Part shown: positions 39,206 through 48,138 of the stretch, piece after piece
Layout of the letters: the number at the start of each line of letters is the position of its first letter
Position numbering within the stretch: the first letter of the stretch is position 1
Origin: Candidatus Latescibacterota bacterium
GTDB taxonomy: Bacteria; Latescibacterota; UBA2968
DNA: 64,000 nt
Direction of reading: 5' to 3'
Assembly: GCA_965116885.1 (NCBI GenBank)
Contig: OZ220741.1
Span: 4,960,001 to 5,024,000, forward strand
Translations under genes and position numbers: made by a program
Notes under the pieces: model-generated
What the model was told of the DNA's origin: nothing
Database searches by the model: none
What the model saw: only the letters and a program-made list of their open reading frames with translations

Positions 39206-41842
39206 ATGTCTTTTGCCATCAGATCATGTATCGCAGGACTGGTCTTCCTTACTTTTTTCCAGAATGTCGAGGGGAGAATATCCGAACCCGCACTTCAAAA
39301 AAGCTATGGTCATCGCGAGGACATGGCAGCAAGCCAACTAATTGAGGAGATCGCAGGTGCTGATTCCGCGGCGATCTATCGAAATCTACCACGCGAAAAA
39401 AAAGGGAAATTCTTAGAGACATTCTGGCAATCACATAATCCGCTCGTACTCAAATACTACTATGGCTACCATCTCGGGCAACGCAGGTTTTCCGTTTCAG
39501 ATGCTTATTTTGAACAAAAAAAATTACTCCCAAAAGTCTATTGGACAGGTGCTGTGCCACCTGATTCCACACACGTCGCGGAAGCCGTACAAATTTGTAC
39601 ACGCCTGCTAACGCACAATCCCGAAGACGCAGTCGCAATGTGCGCGCTCGGCTATCTCAATCTGGAACAGAATCAGGAAAGCGAGGCAGAAAAGCTATTT
39701 ATACAGACACTTGAACGCGACAAACGCCTATTCGAAGCCAGAAATGGCAGGGCGCTATCACTTTTGCGCGTCCCTAAACAGCGATGGCGCGCGAGAAAGT
39801 TATTGCAGGAGGCAATGGCATGGGACCGCAAATACAATGCCGCCTATTACAGCCTGGCAATGTGCGATCTGACAATGAAAAGCGTGGAGGCAGAAAACAG
39901 CCTCAAAAAATTGATCAAACGGTCTCCAGAATATTCAGACACCTATTTTAAGCTGGGTGTCTTTTACGAGTCCAGAGGCAAATTTGAAAAAGCCGAAGAC
40001 GCTTATGAAAAGCAATTGGAAGCAGATTCCTCTCATACCACCGCGCAATTTCGTCTGGGCATCATAGCATTCAAAACCGGTCATCCTGCACGCGCAATCG
40101 AAATCCTGCAACCCGTCCTGAAAAAACGAACGGACCTCCAAAAACCCGTTTTGCCAATGCTCTTTGAAGCCTATATCCAGCTCAAAAATACGCCAATGGC
40201 AGAGGAGATCGCAGTCGCCTATCTCAAGGGATTAGATGAACAGAATCGGGCGATGTTTGAGGACATTCGCATCGTCGCGTCACCCGAAGAAATCCACACC
40301 TTTAATACCTTGCCAATCGAAGAACGTGCAGCTTATGTCAGAGCATTCTGGCAGCGCCGCGATCCCACACCTGCAACCCCTGAAAACGAATGGTTGGTCG
40401 AACACATCCGCAGAATCATGTATGCGCGACGTCACTTTTTTTCGTCCCGCGGGCCCTGGGATCGCCGCGGTGAAATCTATATCCGGTATGGTCACCCAGC
40501 GCACTGGAGCCGATCTGACAACATACGATTTGAGATTGATCCCGCATCAGTACGCGTAAAAGAACGCCTGCTGATGTCGCTGACCGGTGATGCGCGAAAA
40601 GAACTGATTGCCAATATCCAGCGCATCCGAACATCGGCGAGAGAACCGTACGCAAATGTGGATCCCGCGACGGGCGTTATGCTGGACAGGATTGAACTTT
40701 CGGATTTTGAAAATGTTGAATACGGATCAAGGGTAGTACGCGATCGCGGTGCTAATATCGTCCGCGAGAGACTTTTGACCGACATGCCCTTATCCAATCG
40801 GGATGCGGGAATAAGCGCGGAACATCTTCGCGGATATCCACTTTTTCCAGTGGAGGGGAATAATCCCTGGGAATATTGGATCTATCCAAAAGTCAACGGG
40901 GGCATCGAGATCGTATTTACATCGCTAACAAGAGGTGGCGATTTTGACTATCCGATGCCATTATCCGTACGAGCTGAATCCAGAGCCAATGCCGTGGTCT
41001 GGAACCAGCGGAGACCAGAAGATATTGTCAATCGTGCTATCGGCCGCGAACCCTCCCTATTTGAGCTACACAGAGGGACCCTGAACTTCTATTCAGCCCT
41101 GGCGGATTTTCGCGGAGAACAAGGCGAAACTCGTCTTGAAATTTATTACGGACTGCCAGTTTCAGAACAGTCTGAAACAACGCAATTTGAACGCGGCCTC
41201 GCGCTCTTTGACACGACCTGGACGCCAGTTTTTCAAAAAGTTGAGCCCTTCTCCGATATGTCTGACCAATCAGACAAAATTGTGGATCAACTAATCGTGA
41301 ATATTCCCCCAGGCCGTTATTATCTGGGCGTTCAAGTACACGACACGGCAGGCAACAAATTGGGTATCCAAAGACAAGCCATTGAAGTGGAATCCTATGC
41401 AGGAGACGGATTGATGCTCAGCGACATTGAATTGGCAAACCAAATTGAAGAACAGGAAGCTGACTCTCTAAACATCATCCCCCAGCCCTCCAGGTCTTTC
41501 TCTGCCGGGCAACCCGTCGCGATTTATTACGAAATTTACGGACTCAAAAAAGATACCTTTGGACAGACGCGATACCAGATGCACTATCGGATTGCGCCAG
41601 CGCAAGGACAAGCACCGGCTGTGCGCGTATTGCAATCTGTCGGAAAACTACTGGGGATCGTCAGCGAAAAAGAAGTCACAATTTCTTATGAACAGGTGGG
41701 CGAAACAGAATCTGAATTGAGCTACCTGGAGATTGATGTCACGGACTCCGCAGAGGGCCTGTACGAATTGGAAGTGAAAATTTCGGACTTAAATACAAAC
41801 GTACAAGTTGCCAAATCCACTACATTTCAGATTGTCAAGTGA
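39206..41842 (+). CDS. Secreted TPR plus GWxTD-domain protein
   Basis: Signal peptide, TPRs, FWQRRDPTPATPENE...RRIMYA...DRRGEIYIRYG, EYWIY, C-terminal LSDI and YYEIYGL. Confidence 0.85.
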   Translation: MSFAIRSCIAGLVFLTFFQNVEGRISEPALQKSYGHREDMAASQLIEEIAGADSAAIYRNLPREKKGKFLETFWQSHNPLVLKYYYGYHLGQRRFSVSDAYFEQKKLLPKVYWTGAVPPDSTHVAEAVQICTRLLTHNPEDAVAMCALGYLNLEQNQESEAEKLFIQTLERDKRLFEARNGRALSLLRVPKQRWRARKLLQEAMAWDRKYNAAYYSLAMCDLTMKSVEAENSLKKLIKRSPEYSDTYFKLGVFYESRGKFEKAEDAYEKQLEADSSHTTAQFRLGIIAFKTGHPARAIEILQPVLKKRTDLQKPVLPMLFEAYIQLKNTPMAEEIAVAYLKGLDEQNRAMFEDIRIVASPEEIHTFNTLPIEERAAYVRAFWQRRDPTPATPENEWLVEHIRRIMYARRHFFSSRGPWDRRGEIYIRYGHPAHWSRSDNIRFEIDPASVRVKERLLMSLTGDARKELIANIQRIRTSAREPYANVDPATGVMLDRIELSDFENVEYGSRVVRDRGANIVRERLLTDMPLSNRDAGISAEHLRGYPLFPVEGNNPWEYWIYPKVNGGIEIVFTSLTRGGDFDYPMPLSVRAESRANAVVWNQRRPEDIVNRAIGREPSLFELHRGTLNFYSALADFRGEQGETRLEIYYGLPVSEQSETTQFERGLALFDTTWTPVFQKVEPFSDMSDQSDKIVDQLIVNIPPGRYYLGVQVHDTAGNKLGIQRQAIEVESYAGDGLMLSDIELANQIEEQEADSLNIIPQPSRSFSAGQPVAIYYEIYGLKKDTFGQTRYQMHYRIAPAQGQAPAVRVLQSVGKLLGIVSEKEVTISYEQVGETESELSYLEIDVTDSAEGLYELEVKISDLNTNVQVAKSTTFQIVK

Positions 41843-41903
41843 GGCTATTAGCATCCTTGCCCACATATTGCCTTAGATTTAGAGTTGTAAATAAGGCACT
41901 GCA

Positions 41904-41932
41904 TTGACCAGCCATAGTAATTGTGGTATATT
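41904..41932 (+). promoter_or_regulatory. Sigma70-type promoter of the Phd-PIN operon
   Basis: TTGACC-17 bp-TATATT. Confidence 0.55.
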
Positions 41933-41972
41933 TTTTGTCCCCAGGGTACACACTATAACAAAGAGATAAGAT

Positions 41973-42266
41973 ATGGCTCAGATGATACAGTTGCAGAATA
42001 GTGATGAAACATTGCGCCGGATGGTCGAAACATGCCGGGACCAAAATGAAGCATGCGTAATCCAAGATAATCAGAATCGGCCTGTGGCGGTTATGATGCC
42101 CATTGAACGCTATGAGTCCTATCAGGCTTATCTGAAGCAGAAGGAAAAAAATTTTGCGATTCTCGATACAGTAGCTGAAGACCTTAAAAATTATGAACCT
42201 GATTTTATAGAGAGTCAGATCGAAAAAGCAGTACAAGAAGTAAAAGCCGAAGCTAAAAAGCAATAA
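41973..42266 (+). CDS. Phd/YefM-like antitoxin
   Basis: VIQDNQNRPVAVMMPIERYE pattern, directly upstream of a PIN gene. Confidence 0.7.
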   Translation: MAQMIQLQNSDETLRRMVETCRDQNEACVIQDNQNRPVAVMMPIERYESYQAYLKQKEKNFAILDTVAEDLKNYEPDFIESQIEKAVQEVKAEAKKQ

Positions 42267-42281
42267 CAGGTAAGCTAATTT

Positions 42282-42734
42282 ATGCCCCGTGTTGTACTTG
42301 ATGTAAATGTTTTGGTGAGCAGTTTGATTAACCCCCGCGGTTCTACAGGCCAAATACAGAGTGCATGGCGGCGAGATGAAATCAGTGTGATTACCTCAAA
42401 GGCTATCATAACCAAAACTGAGGAAGTGTTACGTCGTCCTCACATTTTCGCCTTATTTCCTCCCACCAGAGCAGAGGCGCATATTCAAGGACTGCTCGCC
42501 TTGCTTCAAAACCAAACAATTCTCACGCCTCACGCGCTCAACCTGATGGTCATAGAAGATGATCCCGAGGATGATACCATTATTATCGCAGCAGTTGAGG
42601 GCAATGCGGATTGTATTGTTTCTGGTGATCGTCATCTTAGGAATTTGAAATCATATCAAGGTATCCCAATTCTATCACCTGCTGAATTTTTGGCACAGTA
42701 CAAGATCGAAAGCCCGAACAACCACAACAGCTAA
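42282..42734 (+). CDS. PIN-family toxin
   Basis: VVLDVNVLVS, DPEDD...AAVEGNADCIVSGDRHL. Confidence 0.9.
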   Translation: MPRVVLDVNVLVSSLINPRGSTGQIQSAWRRDEISVITSKAIITKTEEVLRRPHIFALFPPTRAEAHIQGLLALLQNQTILTPHALNLMVIEDDPEDDTIIIAAVEGNADCIVSGDRHLRNLKSYQGIPILSPAEFLAQYKIESPNNHNS

Positions 42735-42748
42735 ATACAGGAGCGACC

Positions 42749-43420
42749 ATGGATGGCATTCACGACATGGGCGGGATGCATGGATTTGGTCCCATAGAGC
42801 GAGAAGAAAACGAACCCTTATTTCACCATCCCTGGGAAAGCCGGGTACTCGCCATATCCGTAGCCACACCTGTACCGATTCCCGGAGGCTCCCGCAACAA
42901 CATCGAAAACATGGACCCCGCGCACTACCTCTCATCCAGCTATTACGAAAAATGGCTGTATTCCCGTATCAAAGGACTAATCGACGCAGGCGTACTAACC
43001 CCGGAAGAAATGGAAACGCGGATGGCACTCTTCCGCAACAATCCCAATGCCGAACCCCCTGTACACCCCGACCCCGATGCCATCCGAGCAGAACTCGTGC
43101 GATCTCGTCCCGCTACCCCTCCTCAACAGAAAATGGACATCCAGCCACAATTTGCTAATGGCGACCGCATAAAAGCGCGCAATATCCACCCCGAGGGCCA
43201 CACCCGGCTCCCCCGATACGTAAGAGACAAATACGGCACCGTCACCAGTTACTATGGCATCTACAATCTCCAGGACGCCGAACTGCCCACAGGGTGTACA
43301 AATCGCCAGCAACCCTTATACGCCGTACGCTTTGAAGCCTCCGAACTATGGGGTAACGCTGCCGAAACAAAAAGTGCCGTCTATCTGGACATGTGGGAAA
43401 GCTATCTGGAACCCGTTTAA
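42749..43420 (+). CDS. nthB: Nitrile hydratase beta subunit
   Basis: MDGIHDMGG..GFG, YYEKWL, HTRLPRYVR, ELWG, DMWESYLE. Confidence 0.96.
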   Translation: MDGIHDMGGMHGFGPIEREENEPLFHHPWESRVLAISVATPVPIPGGSRNNIENMDPAHYLSSSYYEKWLYSRIKGLIDAGVLTPEEMETRMALFRNNPNAEPPVHPDPDAIRAELVRSRPATPPQQKMDIQPQFANGDRIKARNIHPEGHTRLPRYVRDKYGTVTSYYGIYNLQDAELPTGCTNRQQPLYAVRFEASELWGNAAETKSAVYLDMWESYLEPV

Positions 43421-43447
43421 CCATCCCCAAGCACAAAAGGATTTTTT

Positions 43448-44041
43448 ATGAACACTGTTTCCCAAACCGACACTGCCCTGCGCACCAGAGCACTCGAATC
43501 GCTCCTGATCGAAAAGGGGTTGCTTACAACGGAGATTATAGACGAAATCGTAGAAAAATACGAAAAAGACGTAGGTCCTCTCAACGGCGCCAAAGTGGTT
43601 GCCCGCGCCTGGACCGACCCGGACTACAAGCGACGACTACTGGAGGATGGCAGAGCGGCTATTGCCGAACTGGGGTTTGACAGCGCGCAGGGAGCCAAAA
43701 TCGTCGTACTGGAAAACACATCAAGCGTCCACCACCTCGTCGTCTGCACCCTTTGCTCCTGTTATCCCTGGTCCGTGCTCGGCTTGCCTCCGAACTGGTA
43801 CAAATCCTACGCGTACCGCTCGCGTGCCGTACGAGAGCCAAGAGCCGTCTTGCGAGAATTCGACCTCGACCTACCCGATACCGTAGAAATCCGCGTCTGG
43901 GACAGCAACTCGGACCTCCGCTACATGGTCCTGCCCGAACGCCCTGCCGGCACAGAAGATCACACCGAAGAACAACTCATCTCACTTGTCACGCGCGACG
44001 CAATGATCGGCGTTGCCAAAATCGAATCGCCCTCAAAATGA
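43448..44041 (+). CDS. nthA: Nitrile hydratase alpha subunit, cobalt type
   Basis: VCTLCSCY metal-binding motif (T...Y is the cobalt type), [27 protein letters not shown]. Confidence 0.97.
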   Translation: MNTVSQTDTALRTRALESLLIEKGLLTTEIIDEIVEKYEKDVGPLNGAKVVARAWTDPDYKRRLLEDGRAAIAELGFDSAQGAKIVVLENTSSVHHLVVCTLCSCYPWSVLGLPPNWYKSYAYRSRAVREPRAVLREFDLDLPDTVEIRVWDSNSDLRYMVLPERPAGTEDHTEEQLISLVTRDAMIGVAKIESPSK

Positions 44042-44048
44042 GGCCGAA

Positions 44049-44393
44049 ATGACGCAAAAAACCGACAAAAAAATCGCCACTATGGACACGGAAATCGCCC
44101 TGCCCAGAGAAAATGGAGAACTCGTTTTTCAGGCTCCCTGGGAAGCGCGCGCTTTCGGCCTTGCTGTTGCACTCAACGAAAAAGACCTCTACGAATGGCG
44201 AGAGTTCAGTTCCCAATTGGCTTCGGAAATCGCGACAGCAGAACAAAACAACAATCCATCGAGCTACTATGCCCGATGGGTCGCTTCCCTCGAAGAACTG
44301 CTCATTGATAGAGGCTTGATCTGCCGGGAACAACTGGACGCCAGAACAGCGGAATACGCCATTCACGACGAGCACGATCATCACAATCACTAA
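44049..44393 (+). CDS. Nitrile hydratase accessory protein (P14K-like)
   Basis: VFQAPWEARAFGL, WREF, YYARW..SLE, His-rich tail HDEHDHHNH. Confidence 0.9.
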   Translation: MTQKTDKKIATMDTEIALPRENGELVFQAPWEARAFGLAVALNEKDLYEWREFSSQLASEIATAEQNNNPSSYYARWVASLEELLIDRGLICREQLDARTAEYAIHDEHDHHNH

Positions 44394-44539
44394 ATTCAAT
44401 TCGGGGAATACCTTCTCTGGAATTAGACAATCGGAAATGTAACTTGATTTTGTTGAGGTGACGTTTTACATTATAGAAAAGGTCGAGCCAAGGCCGATTT
44501 TCCTTTTGAGCGATTGGGTGTACGTGGGAGAGAAACACC

Positions 44540-44782
44540 ATGCAGATGCCAAGTCTTGAAAGTCGCGTTGCCAGTTTGGAAGCCGTCCAGGCGCAAATCA
44601 ATGAGCGTTTGGGCAATATCGAGCACGGTCAACGCGATCTGGCAAAAAGTGTTGAGCAAGGCTTTGCCGAAGTGCGTCGCAACGCCAGATCAGATTTTCG
44701 CTGGCTTCTCGGCATCCTGATCAGCACGCAGCTTACCACGCTTATCACCCTCGGCACGCTCATCTTGGTCAAACTTGGATAA
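44540..44782 (+). CDS. Small coiled-coil protein with C-terminal TM helix
   Basis: LESRVASLE heptads, RSDFRWLLGI. GGAG RBS. Confidence 0.7.
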   Translation: MQMPSLESRVASLEAVQAQINERLGNIEHGQRDLAKSVEQGFAEVRRNARSDFRWLLGILISTQLTTLITLGTLILVKLG

Positions 44783-44837
44783 ACAAAAAGGGCTTCTCGA
44801 ATGATGTAATCGGGCAGTTCCGCAACCAAAAACAACG

Positions 44838-44883
44838 CAGAAGGGTTACGTCGAGGTGCACGTAACCCTTTTTTCATTTTAGC
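44838..44883 (+). repeat. Hairpin repeat copy 1 (terminator-like)
   Basis: cagaagggttacg-TCGAGGTGCA-cgtaacccttttttcattttagc. Confidence 0.8.
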
Positions 44884-44910
44884 CGCTAACTGTGACCGCT
44901 TATTTTTTTA

Positions 44911-45321
44911 TCAGTTAATTTTTCCAGCCTGAAATTGCTCGAATAAAATTTCCTCTAATCGACATTTTAAGGTTCTGGGTTTGAGAAAGAGCTGTTTTTC
45001 TTCTTTGGGTGGACAGGTACCCACAGGTACTGCATGTGCAAGCCGTGTGAACTTGTACTCTACGCCTTCAAGTTGAAATTGGTAATTCTCAAGCTGGGCG
45101 TATAATGTGAGCAGCGCAGGCCAATCGCGATAATTTTCTCCGTACAGATCAACGAAAAAAGGGTATTTGATATCCCGTTCCAGCTTCAAATGCCAATTGA
45201 ATCCCCACGCGGGATTTTGGAGTAACACACCCCATATTTCCTCCCGTTCAGAATGCGTAAAGTACGTGTTCGTGTACCAGATAAAGCCCAGCCAGCACCT
45301 GCCACCTGACCTTTCATACAT
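44911..45321 (-). CDS. Hypothetical protein, possibly a gene fragment
   Basis: 136-aa ORF with no obvious RBS, starting only 19 bp from the divergent gene. Confidence 0.4.
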   Translation of the reverse strand: MYERSGGRCWLGFIWYTNTYFTHSEREEIWGVLLQNPAWGFNWHLKLERDIKYPFFVDLYGENYRDWPALLTLYAQLENYQFQLEGVEYKFTRLAHAVPVGTCPPKEEKQLFLKPRTLKCRLEEILFEQFQAGKIN

Positions 45322-45340
45322 CTATTGGAGAGTTAACGTC

Positions 45341-46363
45341 ATGCGGTCTCTAAAAAAATTACTGTTTTTCGCTTTCGTGGCAATGTCACCTACTCTGTCC
45401 ACGAATGAATCAACGGCCAACCAGGTATCTTTCGATAGCCCATCGCTTGTCATTGAGGCCAAAGTGGGCACCCAACCCGGACAGTTTGGTATCAGTTTCG
45501 CACCTGAAGGAGGTGGGTGGTACTATCCGACAGACTTTACAATTGACACCAGCGGATCGATTTGGGTGCTGGATACCAGGAATGACCGGGTTCAAAAGTT
45601 CGACCAGAATGGACAGTTCAAATTCGCAGTCACACTTTCGCAGCACTATAAGAGTATCAAAACCCATCCTTCTGGCAATGTGATTGTTGGATATCCAAGT
45701 TCAAATAATCCCACTCTCCTCTTTTTGAATTCCAAAGGTGAGGAGATAAAAAAAATTAGCCTCCCAGGTATAGGAGGATCAGGCGACTTTGGCGTTGACA
45801 AATCAGGACAGATCTTATATTCAGATGCCGGAAACCTCTTAATTCTAAACGAGTCTGGGGAGACGATTCGTGTAATACCGAATGCTTCGAGGCTACTTGA
45901 GAACGCTAATTTTTATGCGAGCTATCTCATTACCGGATCATCCCGAAATGCGACTGGTACTTTTCAAAAGTTCGATGATACGCGGAGCCAGATGGATGAC
46001 TGGATAGCGTTCACACCCGAGAAACCGTCATCGTTATCCTTCCAGGCAAAAGCCATTGCGGTTCTCCCATTTGGCAAGAACGAGGTATTCGTTCGATGGC
46101 TAATCAATAGAAACCCCAGAAAAGAGTTTATTACCCTGCACAACCTTCAGGGAAACGTTTTGAGCACCCCACCCAACTGTCCAATTGATTCATTCCCTGA
46201 CAAACCATATGGGAGCTTCTTGTTTCGTGTAGATAAGGATGGAAACTTCTACCAGATGGAGATTGTTCTTCCAGGACATCGATACGAACATCTAAGCTGG
46301 CATTACCCTCCCAGTAGTTCTGTGACCTTCTTGCGCATCTGGAAATGGAACCGAACTAAATAA
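45341..46363 (+). CDS. Secreted NHL-repeat/beta-propeller protein
   Basis: Signal peptide MRSLKKLLFFAFVA, NHL repeat PTDFTIDTSGSIWVLDTRNDRVQKFD. GGAG RBS before ATG 45341. Confidence 0.75.
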   Translation: MRSLKKLLFFAFVAMSPTLSTNESTANQVSFDSPSLVIEAKVGTQPGQFGISFAPEGGGWYYPTDFTIDTSGSIWVLDTRNDRVQKFDQNGQFKFAVTLSQHYKSIKTHPSGNVIVGYPSSNNPTLLFLNSKGEEIKKISLPGIGGSGDFGVDKSGQILYSDAGNLLILNESGETIRVIPNASRLLENANFYASYLITGSSRNATGTFQKFDDTRSQMDDWIAFTPEKPSSLSFQAKAIAVLPFGKNEVFVRWLINRNPRKEFITLHNLQGNVLSTPPNCPIDSFPDKPYGSFLFRVDKDGNFYQMEIVLPGHRYEHLSWHYPPSSSVTFLRIWKWNRTK

Positions 46364-46406
46364 GGCATTCATTGGCCTAAGATGCTCTGATATCATCATA
46401 ATTGGC

Positions 46407-46442
46407 AAGTTGCCCTGCTGGTACTACTCGGCAGGGCAACTT
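46407..46442. terminator. 14-bp stem hairpin
   Basis: aagttgccctgctg-gtactact-cggcagggcaactt. Confidence 0.6.
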
Positions 46443-46555
46443 TCATGCAGATTCTCTCAGCCCGCACTGCTGCCCGAAACCGGGATTCTGTATCTCCAGG
46501 CAGCAACCACTGATCCGGTCCAGATACTCCGGCACGAGTGGACAAGGACAAAAGA

Positions 46556-46600
46556 CAGAAAGGGTTACGCCACCTCGACGTAACCCTTTTTTCTGTTAGC
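46556..46600 (+). repeat. Hairpin repeat copy 2 (loop inverted relative to copy 1)
   Basis: cagaaagggttacg-CCACCTCGA-cgtaacccttttttctgttagc. Confidence 0.8.
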
Positions 46601-46616
46601 TATCTGTTTTTTACTC

Positions 46617-46700
46617 TTCATCTGCGAAAAACGCTCAAATGAACTGGCCTGGGAAGCGGCCAGTTGTACACCGCTCATTCGCGTTTTTTTCTGCGGATCC
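46617..46700 (-). repeat. ~85-bp palindromic dispersed element (copy A)
   Basis: Reverse complement cgcagaaaaaaacgcgaatgagcggtgtacaactggccgcttcccaggccagttcatttgagcgtttttcgcagatgaa. Aligns with 62755-62838. Confidence 0.88.
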
Positions 46701-48137
46701 TCAACGCTCTCGTCCCGACACAAACAAATCGTAAGAATTTGACTGCCAGCCGCCATCTTTTACAATACCATCATTTGTATCTCTCAGCCATTTGACCATG
46801 CGATCCTTCATGCGTCTGAGCACGTGTTTGTACCCCAACTTCGGCGCCAAATTGTGCAACTCCCCCGGATCACTCTCCAGATCGTAGAGTTCATCCTCGC
46901 TACACGGATTGTAGATATACTTCCACTTTTGGGTCTGCACCATCCGAATCGTACACAGCGCAGGCTCGTACCCGTGATGCTCGGCAAAAATATCCTCCCG
47001 CCAATCCGGCGGCGTTTCCCCGCGCAATAAGGGCAGCAGAGAACACCCATCGACCTTATCGGGAATATCCACACCCGCCATCTCGAGAAACGTCGGCATC
47101 ATATCGACCAAACTCACAAAATCATCGCAAACACTACTGGGTTCAACAACACCCGGCCAACGGATCGCCAATGGAATCTGGTGCGTCTCGTTATACATAT
47201 TCATCATCTTGTTAAACAAGCGGTGACTGCCCAGCATATCGCCGTGATCCGAACTGTACACAATCACCGTATTGTCCAGTTGACCCACTTCCTCTAAAGC
47301 ATCCAGAACGCGCCGCACCTGATCATCGATAAACGTGCAATATCCCCAATAGGTCGCGATCACCTTCTGCCAATCGGGCCAGGTCAAATGGCTGGCATTC
47401 CATCGGAGCATCTCCTTTTGCTGAACACTCGGTTTATCGACAAACTGCTCGTCGAAATTGATCCAGCGCGCCACAGTATCGGGATCGTACATCTCATCAT
47501 AGGGTTCCGGCACACAATAGGGAAAATGCGGACCAAAAAAACTGCTGCAAATCATAAAGGGTTTATCGCCCTCACAAAATCCTTCAATCAGATCAATTGT
47601 CCTATCCGCAGTCCAGTGCTCCTGCATATACTCGGCGGGCAACTGCGATCGACCACAAAAAGGCGCGTCACCTCCCCATTCCATGCGCTGAACCTCCTGA
47701 GCATATCCCCAATCAAAACCCGCATCGCGCACACTCTGGTTCCAATCACGCGCCCTATGCCACGGGTCAAACCCCCAAAACTCGCTATCGCCCTCCCTGG
47801 GCAAATGCCACTTGCCCACATAACCAACACCATAACCCGCGTCAGATAAAATCTGCGGATACGCGGGCTTATCCAGAATATTTAAATCAAAAGCCCGATT
47901 AAAATTGCCCATATTCGATAACTGCCCGTGATTGTGCGGAAACATCCCCGTAAGCAGCGATCCGCGCGCAGGAGAACAAAGGGCAATGGGCGTATAAGCC
48001 CGGCAAAAACGCATGCCCTCTCTGGCAATGCGATCAATCGCTGGCGTCTTACACACTGTATTGCCATTAAACCCCAGCGCATCGTAGCGCTGCATATCGG
48101 TAAGCAAAAAAAGGATATTGGGTCTCTTCGTATTCAT
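46701..48137 (-). CDS. Formylglycine-dependent sulfatase
   Basis: PNILFLLTD, CSPARGS, GKWH, SDHGDMLG, ELYDL.SDPGE. Confidence 0.93.
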   Translation of the reverse strand: MNTKRPNILFLLTDMQRYDALGFNGNTVCKTPAIDRIAREGMRFCRAYTPIALCSPARGSLLTGMFPHNHGQLSNMGNFNRAFDLNILDKPAYPQILSDAGYGVGYVGKWHLPREGDSEFWGFDPWHRARDWNQSVRDAGFDWGYAQEVQRMEWGGDAPFCGRSQLPAEYMQEHWTADRTIDLIEGFCEGDKPFMICSSFFGPHFPYCVPEPYDEMYDPDTVARWINFDEQFVDKPSVQQKEMLRWNASHLTWPDWQKVIATYWGYCTFIDDQVRRVLDALEEVGQLDNTVIVYSSDHGDMLGSHRLFNKMMNMYNETHQIPLAIRWPGVVEPSSVCDDFVSLVDMMPTFLEMAGVDIPDKVDGCSLLPLLRGETPPDWREDIFAEHHGYEPALCTIRMVQTQKWKYIYNPCSEDELYDLESDPGELHNLAPKLGYKHVLRRMKDRMVKWLRDTNDGIVKDGGWQSNSYDLFVSGRER

Positions 48138-48138
48138 A

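Noticed and set aside
38211..46600. Integrative element at tRNA-Leu(CAG)
   Set aside because: No integrase and no duplicated tRNA 3' end (att site) found downstream.
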